64,000 bases of DNA from Raillietiella orientalis (lineage: Eukaryota). Each line of letters begins with the position of its first letter. The stretch's first letter is position 1. This document shows, piece by piece, positions 13,910 through 25,005 of this stretch. The notes below the pieces were generated by a model. It had not been told where the DNA came from. It ran no database searches and saw only the letters and a list, made by a program, of their open reading frames with translations. The stretch covers positions 620,001 to 684,000 of the forward strand of contig JAYWIR010000024.1 of NCBI GenBank assembly GCA_036172245.1, read 5' to 3'. The position numbers and the translations under genes were made by a program.

Positions 13910-16900
13910 CTGGGTTGGGGGAGGGCAAGGGAGGTAAGAGAGAAATGCGTACATGTTGCCTGTGGAAACGGAGACACGTACCGCTGATTAGCAACAAGCA
14001 ACCTCGTGATGAAGTCACGGGCGTCAGTCGATATGTCCTCGAAGAGATCTTTTGGGAAGTCCACCTTTGTCTCCGTGATGTTGCAGTACGTCTCCTGGAT
14101 GGTCTCTCCGCCGAAAGGAGTGCAACCGGAGAGGAGGACGTAGGCCAGCACTCCCACCGACCTGTGTGCATTAGCCATTAGGGAGAGAGGAAGGGCAGAA
14201 TGAGCAGGAAGAGGGAGAGTGAAGTAAGCGAAGCGCACTCAGTACGAAGTCAAATCTCGTGCGGGAAAGGGGCGCAAAAGGCAACCCCCCTCGCCTTCCT
14301 CAAGGTCTCCTCCCTGACCGCGCTGCTAGGTGGCAGCAGCCACCTTGTACCAATCATAGGAATCGCCTGCACATACTACACCACAGCTTCTCTTTTTTCC
14401 CCTCAATCTCCTTCTTCCACCCTAGTATTTCCTTTATCATGGAATGAGGGGTCCTGGGCGAACTGAGGTGGACGAAGGAAGAGAAGATCGCAACGACGCC
14501 TCTGAGAATAGCGCTGAATGACGAGGAGACTGCTGCCAACTTCCCGAAAAGAGCTCCCGATCGAAAACGGAGGCAGGGAGAAGAAGGGAGGCGTTAAAAG
14601 CGGTCCGCAGAGACTTCCAAGAACCGACCCATGGGGGTGGTCGCAAAGAAAATGGGGAAAACAGGTGAAACGATCTTCCTCGTATACTGCCATTGCCCTA
14701 TCGGAAAAAGTCCCATAGAAGAATAAAGTGGAGTCGGAAGAGTGAGGACCAAGATATGGAGTGGAGATGAGGGAGGTGAACATGCAGTCTCTGCGATGAC
14801 GGTCGTTACGCGAGGGCGGGAAGCAGGTACAGGGTTCTCTGTCCCTTTCCCTTCCATCCGACCAATCGCTCCTGTACACTTTCCACACCATCAGTTTAGT
14901 CCTTTTGACCGCCTCTCAACCGAAAAAAAAGCGAGAGTGGGCACCGAGCGCAGCAGCACTTACTCAACTTCGCTCCGTCTTCGCCCAGGTCTCAACACCA
15001 TCTTTGACCCTACCTCCCTACACCCGGAAGGACGGGACGCTTCTATGAGAATCCGGCAAGGTAGAAGCGCCACATGCAACGCAGGTCATGCGATGCTGGC
15101 AAGAAACCAAAGGAAAAACGGCCCACTCACACTTTCTGACACCTATCTAGTCCCTGAGTCCACCCCTGGAGCAAAGTTCACCACGTGCAGCCCATCCAGT
15201 AACAGGTGGGCGCACTCGCCATCTCTACCCCGTGTTCAAACTCCAGTATACCGTGTGTGCACGTGGCGACGCATTACACATGCGGGAGTGGAAGAGGTCG
15301 TAGTTATGCCTCTTTCCCGGAACGTACGGGAAGAGACGGAAGGGAGAGGAAGCAGCAGCGAACTAGTGGCCGGTGTGGAAGGGACGCTCGAGACGCAAGC
15401 GACTAGGAATAGGAGAGGAGAAGGGACAAGGAAAGGAGGAAGAAGGGTGTGGTTACCACATATCCGTCTTCAGCGACAGGGGTTCGAAGTTGAGGATCTC
15501 CGGAGCTGGAAGAGCGGCGATGGAGGAGTGAAGCCCGCCGCGGACTGCCGGCCGAGCCATTCTTCTCGAGGAAGAAGGGCGGGGCACACCCGCTTACCGA
15601 CGTAATCGGGGGTTCCCAGGATCGCACGCAGCTCCTTGTCGTTGTGGATGACGCGAGACACTCCGAAGTCGCAGAGCTTGACGTCACATCCTGGCAGTTT
15701 CCCCATCAGCACGATGTTTTGGGGCTGAAAAATAGCCGAAGGTGAGTTGGAGAGAAACGAAGTGGGGGAGGGGGGAGGGAGAGGAAGAATATCTCGTGCT
15801 CCCTGCAGCAGCGGCGGAGGCGACGACCCCTTTCGCGAAGGCAGGGACGAAGGTCGGGGCAGCATCATGTCCCCGTAACCGGACGAAACAGAGGAGAGGA
15901 AAAGTAAAGTGCGAGAAGGGAGGAGGAGGTGAAGTCCGGGTATTATCTGCTGTGGTGGAAGTCGCTGCCATCACCATTCTTTCTTCACCCCTTTCCTCTT
16001 CCCTTTCAATTAAGGAGAAGAGGGGGATTTCCGGAGAGTGCCCCTTTCGCCTCTTCGGAGTGCTTTCTCCTCGAAAGTCCAAGGTCGAGAAGCTCGGCCT
16101 CCAAAAAGAGAGGGGCAGCGGCAGCGGCGACACTACAGCTGACGGGAGCTGTCGACATCGACGGCCCAAGTGGAATCACCAGACGAAAGGCTTGCATTTG
16201 CGAGTCTGCTTCAGTCGGAAACCAGGGAGGACTGCCTGGGAAAGTGGGCTGCGGTAATCAGCAAGCGCTGTCATCACCGGACTCAGGAGAAAAGGGAGAG
16301 GAAGAAGGAAAAACCCCTGTCCCCAAAATAATGAAAACAACTCGCGCAAGCAAGTGGAACCAGCTTTCACTTCGATTCTTCAGAGCAGTAGCGAGCCAGT
16401 CAGAAGGGATCGCCGTCTCTACCGCAAGGAGGGGGACAGAAGTCAGCACGTCCCCAGAGTAGCAAGTGGGGGGAAGGGGCAGACGAGAGCTGATTCCAAA
16501 ACGAACGCACCTTCACATCGAGGTGGGCCACGTTTTTCTGGTGAAGATAAAGCAGCCCTTCCAGCACCTGTCTCATGATCTGCACGACCTCGCTCTCGAT
16601 CAGAACGTTGTCGTCTTCGTCGAGCGTCGTCTGGAGGTCACCGCCTTCGCCACTAGGAAAAGACACACAGTTCGCCGTTCCCGGCGTGCGTGGCACAGGA
16701 GCGCGCGCGCGCGCGCGGCCTCCTTTTGACATCCAAAGGGTCAGGCTCTCTTAGGGAGCCGTATAGTCATACCAGCCACACTGTGACCCTGGGGTGAACG
16801 GCCTGAAGCGCCGTTGGAGCTGCCTGAAGACTGTCGTGACGGATGGAGACCAGACTTGGGATGTGTATGCGCGGAGAAGGCGCCTCTGGCTGCGCGACAG

Positions 16901-19900
16901 ATGCCAGTAGCAGGACACGATCCACGAGTCTTCCACCTCCACCCTCGAACAACCCTTTCTCCAGCCCATAGGAGGGGAAAAAGGAACTTTACCAATAGCC
17001 ACACGAAAAACGGTAAGGTGCGCGAGAGACAACGATAGGGGAGGTACACACGTGCAATGACGACTCACGACTAAGGGTCAGGAGGTTCTCAAAGGCCCGC
17101 GAAACCCACAATAGGTGCCTGAGTGAGACGGGTTCCAAAGAGGCTGCCGTGTCCTGCCGGAGTCGATCTCCACTTCCCCGTGAGGCATCTTCACCCACTT
17201 AGGTGGTTCCGCAAGAGCGGATCCTTGGAACAGCTACGCCCAATGGGATGGGATGGAGTGGAAGGGAGAGGAAAAAGAGCGGGGAGGGCAAAGGAGGGTA
17301 GGAGAGGAGAAAGCGGGATCTCAGGTGAGAGGGGCGCAGCGACTTGGTTCTCGACGTCGCCGGATCTCTTTCAGCACTGCAACGCCGGAAACATTCTGCA
17401 AGCAGACGTTTCCTGTGGACGAGCCTTCCTTACTCCCGGGAACATCCGCTGCTAACGGGGAAGAAGAGAGAAAGAAACATCGCCCGTTCTGTCTCCAGGA
17501 GGACAGACGGAAGCAACTGGACCGCACACGACGGAAGCTCAACGACCTGCCGCTGCGCGTTCACCAAAATCGAAGGGGTGGGAGGGATTCAAAGCATTGC
17601 GGAGGGGTAGGAGGGTGAGGTGGAGGGGGTACTCACAGCTCCAAGATGAGGATCATCTCGAACGGGTTCTCGTAGACTTCGTACAGCGTCACAATCCTGG
17701 GGCAAGCTTCGCAGATTTGGAGCACGGCGATCTCATGCTGGATCTCCGCCGAGGAGCGCCGCTTCCTCATGAACTTGGCAGCGAATTTCTTGCCAGTGGA
17801 CCGCTCCGAGCACCTCTTCACTGTGGCGAACTTGCCGCTAGAAAAGGAGGAAGATGAGCGGGTGGGAGGTGGAAGAGTAACAAGTTCAAGGGAAAGCAAG
17901 GGTTTCTCCTAGACTGGGGAAAGAGAAAAAACGGGGAAGAGAGGGTTCTCTTCCACTGCCCGCACCATCTGTCCTAACCCTGTTCCCATCCCATTCCACC
18001 TGCCATGTACCACCGCTTTCTCCCAGAGGGATTCTGAGGTCCAGCCACACTCCGCAGCTCTCCCACACCTGCCGAACAAATCACCTTGAGAGAGAGGGGA
18101 AAAAATGGGGGGCAACTGCGAAAAATGGCAGAAAGGAGGAGCGTGAGCACCCTGATGATGATCGCTGAGCACTCTGAAGAGCTCGCCCCACGGGCAATCA
18201 CTGCCAGGAACAAAAGGCACGAAAACGGAGATGGTGGCACAGAGTCGAACGCACCTCAGGCGAGCTAATTGCAAGAATCTCGAACAAAGAGGGGTTGGAA
18301 GGCGCATGGGAAACAGAGGAAGCCTCAGCCACCAAACGATTCCTTCACTCCCCCTCCCCCTTCCTCGCACATCGACACCTTCGTCGAGTCTTGTGCGTAA
18401 GGTGGAGCCCGTGCCCCAGTACAAGAATTATCTTCTCCACACTCTCCGAGAGTCGGTGGGGATCTCGAGAAACATCCCTTCCCACCCGGTCGTTAAACCG
18501 GGACTGCTCTTCCCAGACCTCTTCTTCTGGACGCTGGATACGGGAGGGGTACGCTGTGGGGACCAGGGGCGTAGCGTGGAATCTTCCTGGAAGACAGCGA
18601 AGTGACTGTGAAAGTTGCGATCTTTTTCCCTAGAGTCAAAGCAGGACCAACAGAAGAGAGAGGGGGGAGAGGGAAGAGAAGACACGATTAAGTGTCCACG
18701 GAGAGCTTTTCCAATTCTCCACCGTCCTCCTTTTCACCTCCTCGAAACTGCAACTCATGAGTGCCTACAGAGGGAGAACTAGAGGGAACCTCGTCCAATG
18801 CCCATGCTCCCCTTTTTATCCGAATTTGCCAGGGTCTTTCATCCCTGGATGAGTTTTCTCCGGTTCTGCCACCCGCCCGTTTCTGGGTCCTGAGCTCGCA
18901 GCCAAGATCTAGAAGCCAATCTCGATAGGAATCAAAGTCTTGCTGCTAAGCGAGCCACCCTCGCTGATTTCTCCTCCCCCCCGCCACTTTCCCATCCGCA
19001 GACCTCCGGTGATTCCACCGGAGGTCTGTCCAGGTTGCGTTCAACAGCAGCTCACCTGCTGAACTCTCCTCCACCACAGAGTGCCTGACTGCATCCTCGT
19101 GGCGTGGTAGGAAAGCGAGTAGCGAAACACTCACCTTTCGTTTCCAAGACCACGCTACCGTACATCCGTTCTCGTGCCATCTGCGCGCTCCCCTGCCCCC
19201 CCCCCTTCCCCAACGAGACTAAAAGCGAGACGTTCCTGAGGAATGCACAACAGAACTAAGGCAGTGGCGATCTGCTCCTGGAAGGTCGATTGAGCAAAGC
19301 CATTTCAGCACCAGTGCGAAATCAACGCCTGAAACGACTCCTAAGCTCTGGAGGCTTCTTGTCTCTACCCTGACTACCCTGGATCTACACTGCCACCGTC
19401 AAATCCGGAAAACATGAGCCTCGGGACCGCAGCCAAGCAACCGATGTTTACTGGTTAGCCCACTCCACCTCCAGCTTGTCCAAAAGAGATCCTGGTGTCT
19501 TCTCCCCACTCTTCCGGGATTACCCCTCAACGCGTCCATAAAGTTCTGACACGAATGTAACGGACTCCAGATTGGATCGGGAAGGAATCCTCACCCTTCC
19601 GACTCCGACCGCGATCGAAGGTGCCTCCTTCTTCGCCGCCTCCTAAGATGAAGAGGCTAAAGGGGTTTTCCATGGCTACATGCCGCCTAGCAGCAGGGTG
19701 AGGTAGGTGCACCTTCGCTACTCTGCGAGCCGCGCGCGTAACGGCCGAGGATAGTCGGCGACGCTTGAGCTTAGGGTCGTCGTTACTCTTCCGGTGCTGT
19801 CGGCCGTATCTCCGGTTGCGCGCGAACGCTCTCTCTCGCAAGAATTCCGCATCCCACCGCCGCTGCGAACGGAACGGAGGCGTCGGCTGCTGCGGGAGGA

Positions 19901-22900
19901 GGAGATGACGGCGGCCACTTTCGCTTTCGTGCACGACGCGAACGATATGCGGACGGGCGTTGCACCTCGAGAGCACAACACATCCGCTGACCTACAGGGA
20001 GAGTTGAAGAAAAATCCGAGGGTGTCCCTAAGCCAACGGGACTCGCTCATGGAAGCGGCGGCATCCACATAGTGAGCAAGGAAACGAGCAGGGAAAATCC
20101 AGGGGAAGGGGGAAAGGGCGTACTCAGTCCCTGTCCCCTATTCTGCATATGACCTAGTTAACGTCACAGTCACTCGGTTTATCTCAGTAAGCCAGAAGGC
20201 TGCCAGGTATCTCGCTTCGAGAAGTAGAAGCCAACTCCATGGTTCCGCGGACCGACAGACAGGAAGCGTCGGTGCGCCGAGAACCGAGTGGGGTGCCTCC
20301 CTCGTTGCATTCACCCCTTGGCAACACTGCTTTTCCTCCCTGATCTCAGATTAACGCGTGGAGACAAAAAGTTCCCGATCCCCCCATCAGTCTTCCCATC
20401 AGGAATATCCTCTAGGTAGATTCCCAGTTTTGCAGGATTAGACGGGACTCACGACGAATGCGACGTGCCGGAAATGTCACCGCAACAACCAAAGGACAGT
20501 CGGGAGAAACATGCTACGTATAGCGTATCCTGGGGGCACTAAAGGTCCTCCTCCTCAGGAAAATTTGGGGACAACTCCCGTAATTTTCCTAGTCTCACTC
20601 CCTCAAATGCCATCACAAGCCGTAACGATGCTTGCCTTGGTCGAAGACATTCTTCGCAGACACTCAAGGCCAAGGGGGGCAAAGAATGGAAGGAAGCTTG
20701 CTTTCTTGGAATGAGGATGTTCCCGCAAAATCGGAAGGCGCGGGGCAGCTGACGGAGTTTTTGAAGAAGGAGGGAGAAAAGAGAGGGAAATACCAGGAAT
20801 GTATGTGCTCGAATAGGTGCCATCAGCACCTTCTTTCCTTACTCTTCTCCCCCCCCCTCCCAAAGTGCCAAGCTTCCACCTGAACCCCGCAGAAGGGAGA
20901 CCACAACGATCGATTGATCGACCGACTGACAGAACGCAAACACGGTCTGCAGTCAGCTCAATTGCCGTAGGAATCGTTTGCTGACCCCCTACATCGAAAA
21001 GTGGCATTCGAGGAATCATATGAGTGGACCTCCTGGGGGAAGGGATCCCATCCCTGCTCCTCGACAGCCCTGCAGAATGGTGCCACTGACATATCTGGTG
21101 CGCCGAAGACGATTTTGACGATGATCAGTTCAGATGAGCTGCGTTGCCGGAGTGCGCCGTCATCACCAACTGGACATCACCTTACTGTCAGACTAGCTCT
21201 GCGGAGCTCCGGAGATGCTCGGAAGACAACGTTCCTGCACAGCACGCATAGGAGCGGTAGGTTGCGATATCTGCTCAGCCCCGCAGTGAGTGCTCTAAAC
21301 AGTCGCCATCCGCAAAGACAAGAAAGAAAAATAATGGAAAAAAAAAAAAAAAAAAGGGAACAAGAGAGTTTCTGGGGGAAAAAAAAGTGCGCATGCGATT
21401 CCTTCCCTCTAAGGATAATAGTGAAATTGCCCGGCAATCGTTCCGAAGACAAGGGCAGCAGGGAGATCCCGCAGGCAGTACAGCCTACAGACTGATCGAA
21501 CAGCAACAAAGGAAAACAAAGAGAAGAAAGAAAGAAAAATCTCAAGAAATCCGTCTTTCCCGCATTGCCCACTGAGCCACGCAGGTTCTTGTGAGCCTCT
21601 CCCACCCCCTCTTGGACCGTGCTTTTCATCCACCATCGATCCACGCGACACCTCGAGTTCTCGCAGGGATCTCGATCTGGCTTCTTCTAGAAGGAAGCGT
21701 CCTCTTAGCCCACTGCACTCGGCCTTTGGCCTTCTTCTCCGTTGCATTCCCAGCAAGACCGAGAAAACTGCTTCAGCACGTGTGTCTGCGTGTGTGTGGG
21801 GGGAAGGAGGCTCCGCAAATTCGAATGCATAGAAAACTGCACATCTGGAATTCCGGGAGTGGGTTCGATTCATCTCTCCCCCTTCCCAGAGGAAATGCAA
21901 ACGATGTTGAAAACAAAAGCCTTGCCACGCTGGCAGTTGATGTTGTCCTATCAATGCTCCCCTCCCGCTTTCACCAGAAACCATTTTCGCATCTACGGAT
22001 GCTGAGGCAAGACAATCTCTTTTGTCACAAGAGCCTCACAGCCGAAAACGCAAGTACCTTTTTCTCGAACGTTCCATAGCGAACGAGAAGATGCGTCAGA
22101 AGGATGCTGTTGTTCGATGCCACCAGCGATGGCCAACACTCTAACGCGAAGGAGGGGTTGACCGCGCTTTTGTAGACTCGGAACCTCCTCACCCTCGGTC
22201 AAGCAAAGCCCCTCCATGTTGTCGGTTCTTTTTGACAATCGCGTGCGCGCGACTGAGGAAAGGAATGCAATAGAAAAGGGAGGGGGCAGGGCAAATGTAT
22301 TGTAAATGCTCCTTTTCGTCCCTTCCTCTTCCCCTCCCCCAAACGAATTGTTCACATCCCGGAATCACCCATTCGTTTTTCAAAGAAGAAAAAATATAAG
22401 CGTGGGCTGGGAGCGCCCACTCTCTTCGAAGAGGTGGGAAGATCGCACGCTCAAAACGACCTGTGCAATCACGATGGAAATCTTGTCAGTCCTCCTTTTC
22501 AAGTCAAGAGTCGCTCTCTACCGAGCAGCCATCGCCCGCATTACATGCAAAGCAACGGAACAAATAATTGGAATTCAAGGTGGATGAGGCAGCCCTCAAC
22601 ACGCATTCGAAAGCTTTCCTTGTTGCCATTCGAGACGCACGCAAAAACGCGAGGTTATGCCCTGCGGCCATCCTTAGCCGGTCTAATCAAATACGAAAGC
22701 AAAGAAGAAGAAAAAAAGTGATGCAGATGGATTTTTGAACGCCATCTGAAACCGCAGCTTCCTGCGAAAAGGATAAATAGGAGCAGAAAACCGCAGGAAC
22801 TTGCAACTTTAGAAATCTGCATGTTTCCGCTCGTTTTCTCCTTTCCCGCTCTCTCCTCTTTTCCCACCTGTCAACATAGCAACCGTTCTCCTTGCACTTG

Positions 22901-23998
22901 TGCGCAATCGCACGTTCCATAGCAACAATTCATCGTTTACCCTTCCCAATGGGCCATTCAAACAGCAACGTGCATGCGTTGGATTCCGCAAAAGAGAATC
23001 ACCTGGCCAGAGACCAAGAAGCACGCTCACTTCAAACAGATCGACCGCTGACAACAGTCCGCCGACTTCCAAGGAAGAACAATGCATCCCTCCATCAGAT
23101 GAAGGTGCTCACATGCGTTGGGTGCACTTCGAAAATCAGATTACGAAAACATATTTCAACGATTCAATCCGTTTTCTGAACAGCACATCAGAGCGAAGAG
23201 CATTCGGGAGAGCTTCTAATTTTAAAAACGCTCGTCGAACTGGCATTCAAAGAGGGCGAATATGAAAAGAAGAAGGAAAAAGGAAAGGAAAAAAAGAAAA
23301 GAAAAAAAAAATCGCATACCGAGACCACTCCAGAAAAGGCAAATTGCTTGTGCTTCGTGTTCACCTCCTCCCCCCCCCTCTTCTCAGCGCAAATTACACT
23401 GCACTTAAAAATGGGCTTTTAAAGCATTACATTTCATTGTTGCGTCTGCTATTTATAATCTCGGAATTATCTCCAGGATGGCAACGGCTCTCGCCTAATC
23501 AACCAATCAGTAAACACTCATTGTTGACGTCGACCGATCTGTAAGCATGGAGCGGGAGTCGAGGCAACCGCGACAACTTCATCACCCGCAATGCGAATCC
23601 ACTTTTCGCACTTTTTTTTTTACGAAGACGGAAAGCACGTGGAGCTTGGCCAAAGAGCAGCGTTCCGCGAGGGAAACAACACTTGAGAAATTGGGAGGCA
23701 CGGCGGAACCGGAAGTGAAACAGCCGGCACCTTTGCTCCCATACCGCAAGGATCGAAGAGTTGGGCGGTGGAAGGGACAAGGCCCTCCTCCCCAGTGCAC
23801 TTTCCTGATGAACAGCAGCAGGCGGCTGGCCGAAGCCGAGTGCATCCTACGCACAACGGTGAGCGAGGATCGGGGAAGTGCAAGGAGGGACAAGGAAGCT
23901 TACCGTGCAAACGTCTGCTCCTCCACAAGGTAACGTTCGTCCAGCATGGCCTGGTCGCGGAAGAGCTTCCGCTTCGCATCGGGGTCGAGGCACAGCAT
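12913..23998 (-). CDS. Drak: DRAK/STK17-like death-associated protein kinase-related Ser/Thr kinase; 7 coding exons, ~596 aa
   Basis: Exons 23998-23904, 17837-17637, 16652-16511, 15724-15598, 15505-15457, 14161-13982 and 13909-12913 join with GT-AG ends and matching phases (1791 nt including stop). Motifs: FARGKFATV, FAAKFMRKRR, HEIAVL, HLDVKPQN, KLCDFG, GTPDYVAPE, TDMWSVGV. Confidence 0.93.
13982..14161 (-). CDS. Drak: Drak exon 6
   Basis: SVGVLAYVLLSGCTPFGGETIQETYCNITE...ARDFITRLLVANQR; acceptor cacacag, donor gtacgt. Confidence 0.95.
15457..15505 (-). CDS. Drak: Drak exon 5 (49 nt)
   Basis: (A)PEILNFEPLSLKTDM(W); acceptor tcttccag, donor gtaacc; phases 1 to 2. Confidence 0.93.
15598..15724 (-). 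CDS. Drak: Drak exon 4 (DFG, activation loop)
   Basis: PQNIVLMGKLPGCDVKLCDFGVSRVIHNDKELRAILGTPDYV; acceptor ttttcag, donor gtaagc. Confidence 0.95.
16511..16652 (-). CDS. Drak: Drak exon 3
   Basis: GEGGDLQTTLDEDD...LYLHQKNVAHLDVK; acceptor ttttcctag, donor gtgcgt. Confidence 0.95.
16701..16717. repeat. (GC)n dinucleotide run in Drak intron
   Basis: gcgcgcgcgcgcgcgcg. Confidence 0.9.
17637..17837 (-). CDS. Drak: Drak exon 2 (Gly loop, catalytic Lys, alphaC)
   Basis: GKFATVKRCSERSTGKKFAAKFMRKRRSSAEIQHEIAVLQ...ILEL; acceptor ttttctag, donor gtgagt. Confidence 0.95.
23904..23998 (-). CDS. Drak: Drak exon 1 coding part (MLCLDPDAKRKLFRDQAMLDERYLVEEQTFAR)
   Basis: Ends ...TTTGCACG|GTAAGC in phase 2 and joins C-GGC-AAG-TTC to give FAR-GKF. 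An in-frame stop lies upstream at 24077-24079. Not in the ORF track. Confidence 0.85.
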
Positions 23999-24033
23999 CT
24001 CGCCTCTGCTTTTCGATGGCGTTCGAAAGCGGC

Positions 24034-24075
24034 TCAACGGCGGCGCTTGGCAGCGGCCGCCATCACAAACACCAT
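24034..24075 (-). other. uORF in Drak 5' UTR (MVFVMAAAAKRRR*)
   Basis: ATG at 24075 and TGA at 24036-24034, between the predicted TSS and the main ATG, out of frame with the kinase. Confidence 0.55.
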
Positions 24076-24094
24076 GCTACGAGCGGGCAGAACG

Positions 24095-24130
24095 AACTGA
24101 GTCTGACGCGGCCACCACTCGAATTTTATA
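24095..24130 (-). promoter_or_regulatory. Drak core promoter: TATAAAA box plus arthropod-type Inr TCAGTT, predicted TSS ~24098
   Basis: TATAAAA at 24130-24124 and TCAGTT at 24100-24095. TATA starts about 32 nt before the Inr A and the TSS is 100 nt upstream of the ATG. Two TGACG half-CRE sites lie at ~24174-24188. Confidence 0.75.
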
Positions 24131-24834
24131 GTGCGCGCTCGCGGCCGCTCTTCACTCCTGCAGGCTCGCGGCGCGTCACTGAGCGTCACCTTTAACTGCA
24201 ATCTCCACGCACAGCGTCTCCTAATTAAACGGATGCGGAGCTGGTGGCGCGTGCGCGTTTAAGACAGCTATCGGAAGCGTTTTGATTTCGTATGCACGTG
24301 TGTGTGTGTGTTGTGTGTGTGCCGCCTTCTCTCCCGTTCTGGTGCGTGTCCCTTTCCCGCTTCCCCTCTTTCTCAACCCGTTCCCATGACGCCAAGAAGG
24401 AAGGTAGCGAAGAGCGGTAGCAGCAACGGGTTCTGGTTTCACCCCTGGCTCCGGGGAAACGCGCCGGTCCGCGTTTTTCTCCCGACGAAGCGCCGGCGGG
24501 CAGGCGCTCCTGAAAGAACCGCGGCGACCACTCTCGGATTTCACATCCGTAGGGCTGGAAGATACCTGTCGATCCCCTGGAGCAGCGTCCTCCATTCCTA
24601 GTGGTGGTACTTGCCCTGCGTGGAAAATCCCCCGACCGACCTACCGCCGCTCCTTTGGAAGCGAACGGTCGGCAGCGCCCCATTCGCTTTCGCCGGCGAG
24701 AGAGGGCTTCCTTCGGAAGAGGGGCCAACCGGGAACGCCTGCTCCGATCTGTTCCGCAAGAATGTCCCGAGGGAGGGACCTCGAGAAGGAGGGGGCAGAG
24801 CTGCAGTAAGGGAGAAGCCAGACTGCTCTTCCTG

Positions 24835-25005
24835 CTGGTTCACGAAAGCGGCTCACACGTTTCCTCCACGTGGCGACCCGTTCCGCTGGAGGTCTACATC
24901 CGCAGATGAGGATTGCCTCCTTCAGTCGCAGCCTTCCTCCCTCCCCCTTTCTCCGCCTCCCCCTTCCCCCATTGACACCGTAAGGGGGGGGGGGGAACTC
25001 GTAAG
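24835..25005 (+). repeat. Dispersed direct repeat A, copy 1
   Basis: Near-identical to 28081-28233 (CACGAAAGCGGCTCACACGTTTCCTCCACGTGGCGACCCG...GGAACTCGTAAG), with an indel in the C-rich part. Confidence 0.92.
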
